Source: Planctomycetia bacterium
GTDB taxonomy: Bacteria > Planctomycetota > Planctomycetia > Pirellulales > PALSA-1355
Direction: 5' to 3'
Length of the DNA stretch: 60,535 nucleotides
Assembly (NCBI GenBank): GCA_041497975.1
Contig: JBGQHN010000002.1
Coordinates: 1-60,535 of the forward strand
A program made the translations under genes and the position numbers. This document shows, piece after piece, positions 1 to 9,652 of this stretch (positions within the stretch are counted from its first letter, which is position 1; every line of letters begins with the position of its first letter). The notes beneath the pieces are model-generated. The model made no database searches. It saw only the letters and a program-made list of their open reading frames with translations, and was not told the origin of the DNA.

Positions 1-1679
1 CAATCCTCGCGGGATGGTTTGCCAGCGATGCCTGGCGCCTTGAGGGAGCGCAACTGGCCAAGGGCGAAACCCTGTTGCGCTATCGCGACGGCGCGGCGGC
101 CAGCGTGGCCGTCGTCGAACAGGCCAGCGGGCACCGCGTGCTGAAGATGAACAACAACTACACCTTGGGATCGTCGTCCAGCGCCACCCGCGAGCTGCGC
201 CAAGGACGACTTCCGCTCATCCTGCACCCGCGGCCGCGGCGCGTCGCGTTCATCGGAGTCGCCACCGGTATCACGGCCAGTGCCATGCTCGATTTTCCCG
301 TCGAGCGGGCGGTGGCGATCGAACTGGTGGCTGAAGTGGCCGATGCGCTGCCGGACTTCAAAACCTGGAATCGATCCGTATTCGACGACCCGCGCGTGGA
401 AGTCGTTGTCGACGACGGCCGCAACTACTTACTGGGAACTAGCGACGAGTTCGACGTGATTGCCAGTGACTTGTTTATTCCCTGGCACGCGGGCACCGGC
501 GATTTGTACACAGTGGAGCATTTTCGCACGGTGGCCGCCCGGCTGGGCGAGGGGGGAATTTTCGCCCAATGGCTGCCCGGCTATCAGTTGACCGTCGACG
601 AAGTGCGCTCGGTGGTCGCCAGCCTTATGGAAGTGTTTCCGGCCGTAACCCTGTGGCAAAACGATTTCGATCTGGAGCGGCCCTTGCTGTGCCTGGTGTG
701 TTATCGAGACGCGGCCCAGCTTGACGCGCGGGCGCTGGCCGCGGCCAGTGCGCGGCTCGCTCGGGCCGACGTGCCGGCTGCGCCGTTTCTATCCAGTCCG
801 CTGGGAGTCTGCATGTTGTATGTCGCCGGGCACGAAGACCTGCGGGCCTGGGCCGGTGGCGCTCAGCTTAACACCGATAATCACCCGTACATCGAATACG
901 CTACGCCGGCCAGCTACTATCAGCATCGTCAACGCGACGTGGCGGCAGTGGATCAGATCCTGGCGGGATTTCGGCCACGAAATTGGGCATATCCCGCCTC
1001 GGCGCTGCCCGATCAGTCGATGCAGGCGGCCTTGCGCGCGGCCGACTTGTTGCACGACGCGCAAGTGGCGCGGCAAGCCAACCGTTTCGAGCAGGAATAT
1101 CGCTCGCTCAAAGAGCTGATCCCGCTGGCTGCCGAGGTGCCCGCGGTGATCGATCACGTCATCCGCGTGGCTACCAGGTTCCGGAGCCGCAACATGGTGG
1201 GCCGTGGCGACGACTTGTTGCTGGCGTTGAGCCAGCAACCCCAGGCTCCGGTGGCGGCGCTGCTGGCGTTGGCCGATCTGCGGCGCAGCGACGGCAAAAC
1301 GGACGACGCGATCGATCTATTGTCGCAAGCGCTCGAGCGCGTGCCGAACGCATTGGCGGCGCGCCGCGCGCTTGTGGATCTGCTCAAACAAGCCAAGCGC
1401 TACGGATTGATCGAGTCGCACCTGCAGTACATACTGGAGAGCAACCCCGACGAGCCGTACTTGCGCTTGGACCTGGCCCAGGCCTTTGACCGCCAGGGCA
1501 AGACGAAGGAAGCGAAGGAAGAAATCGAACGCTTTCGCAAGCTTCGCTTGGGCGATAACCGACGAAAGGTTTGGCAGTACCTGAGGGGACTGGGGTTAGG
1601 AAAGTACGTTGACGAAATTTCCGCCCAACAACAGAGCAGCCTGCCGCCGGCACAGCGATCTGAACCGGCGGTGCCCTAA
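1..1679 (+). CDS. Spermidine-synthase-like SAM-dependent transferase domain with C-terminal TPR-like repeats; 5' end cut by the window edge
   Basis: The listed ORF 75..1679 has no upstream stop in its frame back to nt 3, so the gene is 5'-partial. Motifs RRVAFIGVATGI (nucleotide-binding loop), VEVVVDDGRNYL and FDVIASDLFIPW resemble spermidine synthase-type folds. The C-terminal helical repeats (ALADLRRSDGKTDDAIDLLSQALE, LDLAQAFDRQGKTKEAKEEIERF) look like TPRs. Confidence 0.7.
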   Translation, partial: ILAGWFASDAWRLEGAQLAKGETLLRYRDGAAASVAVVEQASGHRVLKMNNNYTLGSSSSATRELRQGRLPLILHPRPRRVAFIGVATGITASAMLDFPVERAVAIELVAEVADALPDFKTWNRSVFDDPRVEVVVDDGRNYLLGTSDEFDVIASDLFIPWHAGTGDLYTVEHFRTVAARLGEGGIFAQWLPGYQLTVDEVRSVVASLMEVFPAVTLWQNDFDLERPLLCLVCYRDAAQLDARALAAASARLARADVPAAPFLSSPLGVCMLYVAGHEDLRAWAGGAQLNTDNHPYIEYATPASYYQHRQRDVAAVDQILAGFRPRNWAYPASALPDQSMQAALRAADLLHDAQVARQANRFEQEYRSLKELIPLAAEVPAVIDHVIRVATRFRSRNMVGRGDDLLLALSQQPQAPVAALLALADLRRSDGKTDDAIDLLSQALERVPNALAARRALVDLLKQAKRYGLIESHLQYILESNPDEPYLRLDLAQAFDRQGKTKEAKEEIERFRKLRLGDNRRKVWQYLRGLGLGKYVDEISAQQQSSLPPAQRSEPAVP

Positions 1680-1769
1680 GGCAACACGATTGTGCTGAAC
1701 CTGGCGGGCTCGGGCGCATGCTTTGGCGAGCGTGCGGCCACGCCATACCTCCATCGCCGCGACACGGAT

Positions 1770-2354
1770 ATGAGCAGCGAATTCCGGCCGCCGTGGGTCA
1801 CCATCGTTTCCGGTCTGCCACGCTCCGGCACCTCGATGATGATGCAGGTGCTGGCGGCCGGAGGGTTGAGCGTGCTGGTCGATCAAGTGCGCCAGGCCGA
1901 TGCGGACAACGTCAAGGGTTATTTCGAGTATGAGCCGGTCAAACGCACGCGCGAGGACGCATCATGGCTAAACGGCGCGGTCGGCAAGGCCGTCAAGATG
2001 GTGTACCTGCTGCTCTATGATCTGCCGAGCGAATATCAATATCGCGTAGTGTTCATGCAGCGCCACATGGACGAGGTGTTGGCGTCGCAACATGCGATGC
2101 TGACGCGGCTCGGCCAAGCGGGCGCCGCCCTGTCGGACAAGCAAATGGCCGATGCATTCGCTCGGCAGCGCCAAACAGCGGAGCAATGGTTGGCCAACCA
2201 GCCAAACTTTCGAACATTGAAGATCGATTATCACCACGTGTTGGCCCGACCGGCTGACCAGGCCGCAAAATTGGACGACTTCTTGGGAAGGGGTTTGAAC
2301 TGCTCGGCGATGGTGGCGGCCGTCAATCCTGCGCTGCGCCGTCAGAAGGTCTGA
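1770..2354 (+). CDS. PAPS-dependent sulfotransferase family protein
   Basis: ATG at 1770 lies inside ORF 1692..2354. VSGLPRSGTSMM matches the 5'-phosphosulfate binding loop of sulfotransferases. RVVFMQRHMDEVLAS matches the 3'-phosphate binding R-x7-S region. Confidence 0.65.
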   Translation: MSSEFRPPWVTIVSGLPRSGTSMMMQVLAAGGLSVLVDQVRQADADNVKGYFEYEPVKRTREDASWLNGAVGKAVKMVYLLLYDLPSEYQYRVVFMQRHMDEVLASQHAMLTRLGQAGAALSDKQMADAFARQRQTAEQWLANQPNFRTLKIDYHHVLARPADQAAKLDDFLGRGLNCSAMVAAVNPALRRQKV

Positions 2355-2443
2355 AACGCGCGACGGGTTGCCCGACAGGAATTGCCGGTTGCAAAGCGCC
2401 CCATTGGGGTGGCCCAACCGATCGCGAACGAAGTGAAGGAAGA

Positions 2444-4657
2444 ATGATGACGCTTTTCAACCATCGCTTCCGATTGCGCACCGGATGGTCGGTCCGTGGC
2501 GCGGTGGCTCGACATTTGCCCGTCGGCGCAGGGCTGGCCATCGCGGCGGCATTGTGCTTATGGTCGGATTTCGAGACATCTCGATCCGGCACGGCGCAAT
2601 ATGCGTACATCGGTCCGGGCGCGGGCATCGCCCTGGCGGGATCTTTTTTGGCGGTGCTGGTGGCGATGTTTTCGGCCCTCGTGGCCGTGATCACCTGGCC
2701 ATTCCGCTCGCTGTGGCGCGGATTGCGCGGACGCCAGGCGCGAAGACGAGCCAAAGTCGGCCGCGTCGTCATTCTGGGGCTCGACGGACTCGATCCGCTG
2801 TTGGTCGATGAATTCCTGGCCGCGGGCCTGCTGCCCAATCTTGACCGGCTGCGACGCGAAGGCTGCTACCTGCGCCTGGGCACGACCTGGCCGCCGCTGT
2901 CCCCGGTGGCCTGGTCCTCGTTCAGCACGGGCGCCAATCCGGGCAAGCACAATATCTTCGATTTTATCGCCCGCAATCCGGCCGATTATCGTCCCCAGAT
3001 CTCGTCAGTGCGCATTCGCCCGGGCAGGCGAAAGTTGCGCGTGGGTCGCTACAATATTCCACTTTCACGGCCGGAAATCAGCCCCCTGCGTAAGAGCAAG
3101 CCGTTCTGGAGCGTGCTTGGCGAGGCCGGGGTGTTCAGCGCAGTGCTGCGAGTGCCGATCACCTTTCCGCCCGATCGTTTTCATGGCGTGCAACTGTCGG
3201 CGATGTGCGTACCCGACCTTCGCGGCAGCCAGGGCACTTTTTGCTATTTCAGCGAGAATGGCCGGTCCGGGGCGACCTCCGACGGCGACGTCGGAGGCGA
3301 GCGCATTGTCGTCACTCGCCGCGGCGACTCGGTGTTTTCCTACTTGCCCGGCCCGACCAATCCCTTGCGCGTCGACGGCACACAGGCTCGACTACCGTTG
3401 AGAGTCGTGCGGGGCAAAAACGGCCAGGCGGTGCTGCACGTGGGTGGGCAGAAGGTCGCACTTGCGCCTAACCAATTCACCGACTGGGTTGGGGTCTCGT
3501 TCAAGTTGGCGCCGGGCGTGCGGGCGCGGGGCATTTGCCGGTTCTATCTCAAGCGCTTCGAGCCGTCGTTCGAGATGTATTGCACTCCCTTGCACATCGA
3601 TCCCGACAAGCCGGTGATGCCTATTTCGCATCCCGCGGTGTACTCCACCTATCTGGCGCGACAATTCGGCCCCTTTGCCACGCTGGGATTGGCCGAGGAC
3701 ACCTGGTCGTTGTCCGAGGGAATGTTAAGCGAGGAAGCATTTTTGCGGCAGGCTTATGATATCGACGACGAACGGCAGCAGATGTTTTTCGACGCGCTCG
3801 AGCACGTGCGGCGGGGGCTCGTGGCCTGTGTATTCGACGCGCCGGACCGTATCCAACACATGTTCTGGCGATTCCATGACGTTTCGCACCCGGCCCGCCC
3901 GACCGATCCGGCGCTCCTCGAGGCGCACGGCAACGCGCTGCCCGAAATGTATGCGCGCATGGATCGCCTGGTGGGTCAAACGCTCGAGGCCTTGGGCGAC
4001 AAGTCCGCGCTGTTGGTCATGTCGGACCACGGTTTCAAGCCGTTTCGCCGCTGCGTCGATTTGAACGCGTGGCTGAAGGCCAACGGCTACTTGAAGCTGA
4101 AGGGCGACGCGGCGACCGCCGACGCCCAATATCTGGCCGACGTCGATTGGAGCCGTACGCGAGCATACGCCATCGGGTTGGCAGGCATCTATATCAACCA
4201 ACGCGGCCGCGAAGGCGAGGGCATCGTGCCGGCCAGCCAATCCGCCGGGCTGGCCACCGAGATATCGCAAGCACTCACCGGGTTGCGAGACGACGAGCGC
4301 GACCAGGTTGCCATTCACCAGGCCGTGTCGCGCCGCACGGTGTACTCTGGTCCCTACGTCGACAACGCGCCTGACGTGATCGTCGGTTATAACGTGGGCT
4401 ATCGAGTCGGGTGGGACGCGGCGATCGGCAAATGCGGGCCCGCGGTGTTTTCCGACAACCTCAAGGCCTGGAGCGGCGATCACTGCATTCATCCCGACCT
4501 GGTGCCAGGCGTGCTGTTCAGCAATTGGAAGTTCGCCGCTTCGTCCGCCAACATCCTGGACATCGCCCCCACGGCCTTGGAGCTGTTGGGCATGCCGAAG
4601 CCGTCCTACATGGACGGAAAGTCTTTACTATGCGACGGCGCGACTTCGTCAAGCTGA
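2444..4657 (+). CDS. Membrane-anchored type I phosphodiesterase / nucleotide pyrophosphatase (alkaline phosphatase superfamily) protein
   Basis: Hydrophobic N-terminal segments are followed by VVILGLDGLDP (metal-binding Asp region), TTWPPLSPVAWSSFSTGANPGKHNIFDF (nucleophile region), LLVMSDHGF and WSGDHC metal ligands typical of the NPP/Phosphodiest family. Confidence 0.8.
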   Translation: MMTLFNHRFRLRTGWSVRGAVARHLPVGAGLAIAAALCLWSDFETSRSGTAQYAYIGPGAGIALAGSFLAVLVAMFSALVAVITWPFRSLWRGLRGRQARRRAKVGRVVILGLDGLDPLLVDEFLAAGLLPNLDRLRREGCYLRLGTTWPPLSPVAWSSFSTGANPGKHNIFDFIARNPADYRPQISSVRIRPGRRKLRVGRYNIPLSRPEISPLRKSKPFWSVLGEAGVFSAVLRVPITFPPDRFHGVQLSAMCVPDLRGSQGTFCYFSENGRSGATSDGDVGGERIVVTRRGDSVFSYLPGPTNPLRVDGTQARLPLRVVRGKNGQAVLHVGGQKVALAPNQFTDWVGVSFKLAPGVRARGICRFYLKRFEPSFEMYCTPLHIDPDKPVMPISHPAVYSTYLARQFGPFATLGLAEDTWSLSEGMLSEEAFLRQAYDIDDERQQMFFDALEHVRRGLVACVFDAPDRIQHMFWRFHDVSHPARPTDPALLEAHGNALPEMYARMDRLVGQTLEALGDKSALLVMSDHGFKPFRRCVDLNAWLKANGYLKLKGDAATADAQYLADVDWSRTRAYAIGLAGIYINQRGREGEGIVPASQSAGLATEISQALTGLRDDERDQVAIHQAVSRRTVYSGPYVDNAPDVIVGYNVGYRVGWDAAIGKCGPAVFSDNLKAWSGDHCIHPDLVPGVLFSNWKFAASSANILDIAPTALELLGMPKPSYMDGKSLLCDGATSSS

Positions 4658-6687
4658 TTGCTTCGGCCAGCGGAACCACGCTGCTGCCGGGCTGTGGCCA
4701 TTGGGCGCCCTCGCCTGACTCCTCCGCCGCGCGCCGCGTGTATCTGATCGCCTTTGACGGTCTGGACCCGCGTATTGCCCGGCGGCTGTTAGACGCGGGC
4801 CTGTTGCCCAACTTCGCGCGATTGGCCGCGCGCGGCTCCTTTACGAAACTGCGTACCAGCACGCCGCCCCACACACCGGTCGCGTTTTCCAATATCATCA
4901 GCGGCGCCGATCCTGGACTGCACCAGGTGTTCGACTTCATCCACCGCGACGTCCATCCGCGCGATTCGAAGTTGGTGCTGCGGCCGTACTTCTCCACCGC
5001 CGAAGTGATGACCCCAGAGAACGACCGGGTGCTGTCGCTCGGTTCCTGGCGCCTGCCGCTGTCGGGCGGCAAAAGCGTGCTGCTGCGACGCGGCGGGGCA
5101 TTTTGGGACCACCTGGTCGCGGCGGGCATCGACGCCACGGTGTACTATGTGCCGTCCAATTACCCGCCCGAGCCACCCCCAGGTCCCGGCCGGTTCCGCG
5201 CCATCAGCGGCATGGGCACGCCCGATTTGTTGGGGGGCTACGGCGAGTTCACGATGTTCACGCCCGACGCTCCGCGGGGCGGGAGGCAGGTGGGCGGCGG
5301 TCGTTTCGCCTTCTTGTCGATGCTCAGCAATCACGGTCGCGCGGAGCTGTGGGGACCCGAGAATTACCTGCGCGGTGCCGACGCGACCGGACGCGCTGTG
5401 CGAATGAGCGTGCCCATCGACATCGTGCGCGACTCGACGGCGGCGGTGGCCAAGATCGTCTTGGGTTCGACGACGCTCGTGATGAACGAAGGCGAATGGA
5501 GCGATTGGGTACCCGTCGCATTTCAGACCGGGTTGCCGGGCTCGACGGTCGTCGGCGCGCTGGGCGCGCCGACAGCGGTACCAGGCGCCGTGCGGCTGTT
5601 TCTCAAACAAGTGCATCCCAAGTTCGAGCTCTACGTCAGCCCCGTCAACATCGATCCCCTCGAGCCGGCCAGCCCGATCAGCGTGCCGGACGACTTCGCT
5701 CGCGGCCTGGCCCGGCGGCACGGGCGGTTCTATACCCTGGGAATTCCCGAGGACACGAAAGCCCTGAGCCACGGCGCGCTGGCCGAGGATCAGTTCCTGA
5801 AGCAGACGCAGTTGGTTCTCGGTGAACGCGTCGAACAATATCGCCAGGCGCTGGCCGAGTTCGACCAAGGCTGCTTGTTTTTCTATTTTGGCGACACCGA
5901 TCTCGTGCAACACATGTTCTGGCGCGACCGCGATCCACAGCATCCCGGCCGCGATCCGCAACAGGGCGAGCGTTTTGCGCATGTCGTCGAAGAGTTGTAC
6001 GTCGAGGCCGATCGTTTGGTGGGTGACCTCCTAACGAAAGCCCGAGACGGCGACACGGTTCTGGTGTTCTCCGACCACGGTTTCACGACCTTCCGCCGCG
6101 GTTTCAATCTCAATACCTGGCTGGCGGAAAACGGATTCGTCAAGCACCGCGGAAACAGCCGCCGCTCCGACGCCGAAATGTTCGTCGACGTGGATTGGGC
6201 CCGCACGCGGGCTTACGGCCTGGGGCTCAATGGCTTGTACTTGAACCTCGCCGGCCGCGAACGGCACGGCATCGTCAAGTCGTCCGGCCGGCGCAGCACA
6301 CTTGCCGAACTGCGCGACAAGCTGCTGGAAGTTCGCGACGTCGACGGCAGCCGCGTCATCGAGCGCGTCGACCTGGCAGAGGAACTATATCCGGCGGCCG
6401 ATCCACTCATTGCGCCTGATCTGCTCGTCGGCTACGCGGACGGCTATCGGGCAAGCTGGGCCACAGTCTTGGGCGCGATGACCGACGACGCGCTGGAGAA
6501 CAATCTCGATCGTTGGAGCGGAGACCACAGCATCGCCGCCGAACTTGTGCCTGGAATGCTGCTTACCAACCGGCCCGTGGCCGTCGACGAGCCGTCGATC
6601 TCGGACATCGCCCCCACCGTACTGGCGGCGTTCGGCATCTCCAAACCGAGCCAAATGACGGGCCGGCCGCTGTTTGAGTTCTCGTAG
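4630..6687 (+). CDS. Secreted/lipoprotein type I phosphodiesterase / nucleotide pyrophosphatase family protein (paralogue of 2444..4657)
   Basis: The internal ATG at 4630 gives MRRRDFVKLIASASGTTLLPGCG, a twin-arginine-like signal plus lipobox. The same motif set is present as in the upstream gene (VYLIAFDGLDP, STPPHTPVAFSNIISGADPGLHQVFDF, VLVFSDHGF, WSGDHS). It overlaps the upstream stop by 28 nt. Confidence 0.8.
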   Translation: MRRRDFVKLIASASGTTLLPGCGHWAPSPDSSAARRVYLIAFDGLDPRIARRLLDAGLLPNFARLAARGSFTKLRTSTPPHTPVAFSNIISGADPGLHQVFDFIHRDVHPRDSKLVLRPYFSTAEVMTPENDRVLSLGSWRLPLSGGKSVLLRRGGAFWDHLVAAGIDATVYYVPSNYPPEPPPGPGRFRAISGMGTPDLLGGYGEFTMFTPDAPRGGRQVGGGRFAFLSMLSNHGRAELWGPENYLRGADATGRAVRMSVPIDIVRDSTAAVAKIVLGSTTLVMNEGEWSDWVPVAFQTGLPGSTVVGALGAPTAVPGAVRLFLKQVHPKFELYVSPVNIDPLEPASPISVPDDFARGLARRHGRFYTLGIPEDTKALSHGALAEDQFLKQTQLVLGERVEQYRQALAEFDQGCLFFYFGDTDLVQHMFWRDRDPQHPGRDPQQGERFAHVVEELYVEADRLVGDLLTKARDGDTVLVFSDHGFTTFRRGFNLNTWLAENGFVKHRGNSRRSDAEMFVDVDWARTRAYGLGLNGLYLNLAGRERHGIVKSSGRRSTLAELRDKLLEVRDVDGSRVIERVDLAEELYPAADPLIAPDLLVGYADGYRASWATVLGAMTDDALENNLDRWSGDHSIAAELVPGMLLTNRPVAVDEPSISDIAPTVLAAFGISKPSQMTGRPLFEFS

Positions 6688-6768
6688 CGCTCGTGGGAGA
6701 ATGGATCGGCCGGCTAGCGCCGCGTCAATCGGTTTTGCACAAACGCGTCTCTGCGCGGAGGTTCCGCG

Positions 6769-6966
6769 ATGTTTGGTTTCAAGAAGACGATCAAGATCGA
6801 TAAACCTCTCTACGAACGGCTCGAAGAGTTGGCGGGCCGTCAGGGCTACTCCTCGACCGAGGAGTTCATCGTCCACTTGTGCGAGCGCGAAGTCACCACG
6901 CTTGCCGAAAAGCTCGAGCAGGAGCAAGTAGAACAGCAGTTGCGCGGCCTGGGGTATATCGAGTGA
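6769..6966 (+). CDS. Small ribbon-helix-helix-like protein (hypothetical)
   Basis: 65-aa ORF. KTIKIDKPLYERLEELAGRQGYSSTEEFIVHLCEREV has a strand-helix-helix pattern like CopG/Arc proteins. It is co-directional with its neighbours. No stronger evidence. Confidence 0.45.
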   Translation: MFGFKKTIKIDKPLYERLEELAGRQGYSSTEEFIVHLCEREVTTLAEKLEQEQVEQQLRGLGYIE

Positions 6967-7030
6967 TCTCGAGCGTTCGCTCGAGTTTGCCCCCCCAAGC
7001 AACGATCATCGATCTTCAACAAGCCGCGCC

Positions 7031-7864
7031 ATGAACGCCATCAACGCGACGCTGACTCGAATTGCCGACTGGCTCTTGGGCCCGTTTGCCGCCTGGCCGC
7101 CGCTGGCGACGCTCTTGTTCTGGTCGGCCATTGCGGGCGTGCTGATGACGATCGTGTTTCGCTACACGTCCAACCAGCAAGCCGTCAAGAGGGCCGCCGA
7201 CCGCAGCCGGGCGCAGGCGCTGGCCATCAAATTGTTCGGCCACGATCCCCTGGCTGTCTTCTCCAGTCTGGGCCAATTGCTGCACTATTCGGGCTTGCGG
7301 CTGTGGCATTCGCTGCCGCCCATGCTCGTGATGCTGGTCCCTTTCGTGCTGGTCATGTCGCAGTTGGCGTTGCGCTATGAATACGAGCCGCTGGCCAAAG
7401 ACAAATCGACGATCGTGAAACTGGAACTGACGGAAAAGGACTGGCCTAAGCATCAGAACGTCGTGCTGGACCCTTCGCCGGAATTCGCGGTCGAGACACC
7501 GGCTTTGCGCGATGCCACGGAGCATGCCATCTATTGGCGATTTCGCCCCAAGGAGGCAGGCGGGGGCACGCTTCGCTGGCGAGTCGGGAACGAGGAGATC
7601 GCCAAGCGCGTGGACGTTGACGCGGGCGATGATCGACTCGCGAGCGTCAGTGTACGGCGAGCTTCTTCCGGTTGGTGGGACCGGCTGTTGCACCCTGCCG
7701 AACCCGCCCTGCCGTCGGGCAGCCCGGTGCGCGGAATCGAGATCGAGCATCCGACGCGCGACACGCCGCTTTTGGGAGTCAACGTTCCATGGTGGCTGAC
7801 GTTTGTGCTGGGGTCGATCGTCGCCGCGCTTGTCGTGCGACCGCTGGTCAAAGTGCGGTTTTAG
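7031..7864 (+). CDS. Hypothetical integral membrane protein
   Basis: 277-aa ORF with several hydrophobic helices (PLATLLFWSAIAGVLMTIVF, LPPMLVMLVPFVLVMSQLAL, WWLTFVLGSIVAALVV). I recognise no family. Confidence 0.55.
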   Translation: MNAINATLTRIADWLLGPFAAWPPLATLLFWSAIAGVLMTIVFRYTSNQQAVKRAADRSRAQALAIKLFGHDPLAVFSSLGQLLHYSGLRLWHSLPPMLVMLVPFVLVMSQLALRYEYEPLAKDKSTIVKLELTEKDWPKHQNVVLDPSPEFAVETPALRDATEHAIYWRFRPKEAGGGTLRWRVGNEEIAKRVDVDAGDDRLASVSVRRASSGWWDRLLHPAEPALPSGSPVRGIEIEHPTRDTPLLGVNVPWWLTFVLGSIVAALVVRPLVKVRF

Positions 7865-7890
7865 CGCGGCCGCAACAGCGAAGGCCACGC

Positions 7891-8832
7891 TTAGCGCCGC
7901 GGGCTGATCAGTTCGACAAAGTTGCCGTCCGGATCGCGGACCACGGTCAGCGCCAAGCCGGGCGCGATGTTGTCGGGTATGGGAACGGTGCCTTTGGCCA
8001 GCGGTTTCACGCCGGCTTTCTTCAAGCGCGCCAGGGCCGCCTCGCCGTCGGCCACATAGATGGTCAAATAGCGAAAGCCAAGCTGCGAATGAATGTAGGC
8101 GTTGTCGCTCGTTTTATTCTGGGCGCCGGGCACTTGCATCAGTTTGAGTCGTGTCGCCGCATCGCCATCGCCCAAAACCAGCACGCGAATCGCCAGCGGT
8201 TTGCCGTCGGTCAGGCCCACGTCGGCGCCGAAATCGGGCGCTACGGCAAAGCCTGGTATCTCTTTGAAGCCGATGGCCTCGGTGTAGAACTTTACCGAGC
8301 GGGCGGCGTCGCCCACGACGGTTCCCAAGTCGATTGTGCTCTTGGCGAATTCGCTGCGCGCCGGATTTGACTCGGCGGCGGCGCCCGACTTTTCCTGCCC
8401 GCGTCGCCAGACCTCGAGAACCTGGCCGCTTCCGGCCCGACCGGTAAACACGGTGGGCCGCTTCGGGTTGGCCGTTTCCAGGCAGATCGTCAGCTCATCG
8501 CCCTCGACCTTGTAGATCACGAGATAAACCTTGCCCTTGTCTATTCCCTCGCCGACCACGATGTCGAGTTGCCTAGGATTCTTCGTGGCCTGGAACTTGT
8601 ACGTGCCGTGCTCGCTAAAATCGCCGTTTTGAAAGTGATAGTCCGCGCCCTTGACCGTCAGCTTAATTTTCTTGAGCTGGTCTACCGGCGTGAATTTTCC
8701 ATTTGTTTCCATCGAGACGGCGTGCCACGTCCCCTGCCATTTTTCGAGATCCTTTTTTGCGGCCTCGTCCACCGAGTCAGCCGCCAGCAAACCAATCGCC
8801 GCAAGTGCCATTGCAAAGTGCCATTTCATCAT
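7891..8832 (-). CDS. Secreted TIGR03067-like (lipocalin-like, Planctomycete-type) domain fused to a VOC/glyoxalase-fold domain
   Basis: A signal peptide MMKWHFAMALAAIGLLAA is followed by WQGTWHAVSMETNGK...LDIVVGEG...VYLVIYKVEGDELTICLE, typical of TIGR03067. The C-terminal FYTEAIGFKEI...GFRYLTIYV...VRDPDGNFVELIS is typical of the glyoxalase/bleomycin-resistance fold. Confidence 0.75.
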   Translation of the reverse strand: MMKWHFAMALAAIGLLAADSVDEAAKKDLEKWQGTWHAVSMETNGKFTPVDQLKKIKLTVKGADYHFQNGDFSEHGTYKFQATKNPRQLDIVVGEGIDKGKVYLVIYKVEGDELTICLETANPKRPTVFTGRAGSGQVLEVWRRGQEKSGAAAESNPARSEFAKSTIDLGTVVGDAARSVKFYTEAIGFKEIPGFAVAPDFGADVGLTDGKPLAIRVLVLGDGDAATRLKLMQVPGAQNKTSDNAYIHSQLGFRYLTIYVADGEAALARLKKAGVKPLAKGTVPIPDNIAPGLALTVVRDPDGNFVELISPRR

Positions 8833-8955
8833 CCGAAAACCCCCGAAAGCCAGGTAGTCGCGTCACAACTGCAAAGTAGTATGTCGCGATCACGTTGACG
8901 TGTAAAGCGATTGGAAATCCAGTCGCCGTCGGATATCGCCGGGCGCGTTGTGCAC

Positions 8956-9585
8956 TCAGTCGCGGCTGCGCGTCTTGGTCGCAGGGTCCGTCGCGGTTTT
9001 CTTCCGGGCGTGCGACGAATCGGTTTCTTCGACGAAATTTAACGCCGCCGAATTCATGCAATAGCGCAAGCCGGTGGGCGGCGGTCCGTCGTCGAAGAGG
9101 TGCCCCAAATGCGCGTCGCAGCGGGCACAAAGCACCTCGGTGCGCAGCTCATTCGGATCGCCGCGATCCTCGGCAAAATGGACATGCTCTTTGTCAACCG
9201 GCTGCCAAAAACTCGGCCAGCCGGTTTGTGAATCGAACTTTGACTTCCAATGGAACAGTTCCAGATCGCAACAAACGCAGCGATAGGTTCCGTGGCGCTT
9301 GTGGTTCCAGTACTTGCCGGAGTAGGGCGCTTCGGTTTCCTTGCGCCGCGTCACCTGGAACTGGCGGCGCGTGAGCTGCCGCTTCCACTCGGCGTCGGTC
9401 TTGGTGAGCGGAACGATCTTGGGTGGGGGTTTTGCATCGTCCGACAATCGCGTCTCGTCGGCGCGCGAAAGAATACTCAGCCGGTGGACCCCAAGAACCA
9501 GGGCTCCGGAGCTGATAATCGTCAGTATAATCGCGCGGCGATGGAACATGAGGGGAGAACTCCGCTCTTGCCCTGTTCCGCGCAC
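8956..9585 (-). CDS. msrB: Peptide-methionine (R)-S-oxide reductase MsrB with N-terminal membrane/signal segment
   Basis: GTYRCVCCDLELF and CARCDAHLGHLFDDGP (two CxxC zinc motifs) plus catalytic RYCMNSAAL are all SelR/MsrB hallmarks. Confidence 0.9.
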   Translation of the reverse strand: MRGTGQERSSPLMFHRRAIILTIISSGALVLGVHRLSILSRADETRLSDDAKPPPKIVPLTKTDAEWKRQLTRRQFQVTRRKETEAPYSGKYWNHKRHGTYRCVCCDLELFHWKSKFDSQTGWPSFWQPVDKEHVHFAEDRGDPNELRTEVLCARCDAHLGHLFDDGPPPTGLRYCMNSAALNFVEETDSSHARKKTATDPATKTRSRD

Positions 9586-9602
9586 AAGTCGGCAAGTAGT
9601 TC

Positions 9603-9652
9603 AGCGTTCCCACGCTCAAACGAACACAGCGTTCCCACGCTCAAACGAACAC
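9603..9652. repeat. Perfect 25-bp direct tandem repeat x2 (AGCGTTCCCACGCTCAAACGAACAC) with a degenerate partial third copy downstream
   Basis: Read directly: 9603-9627 and 9628-9652 are identical. GCGTTCCTACGC at about 9662-9673 resembles the unit core. The repeat lies in the 83-bp gap between the msrB start and the DUF1501 gene stop. Confidence 0.9.

Noticed and set aside
9603-9652. Possibility that the 25-bp direct repeats are a CRISPR array
   Set aside because: Only two adjacent copies are present, with no spacer between them. No cas genes are in the window.
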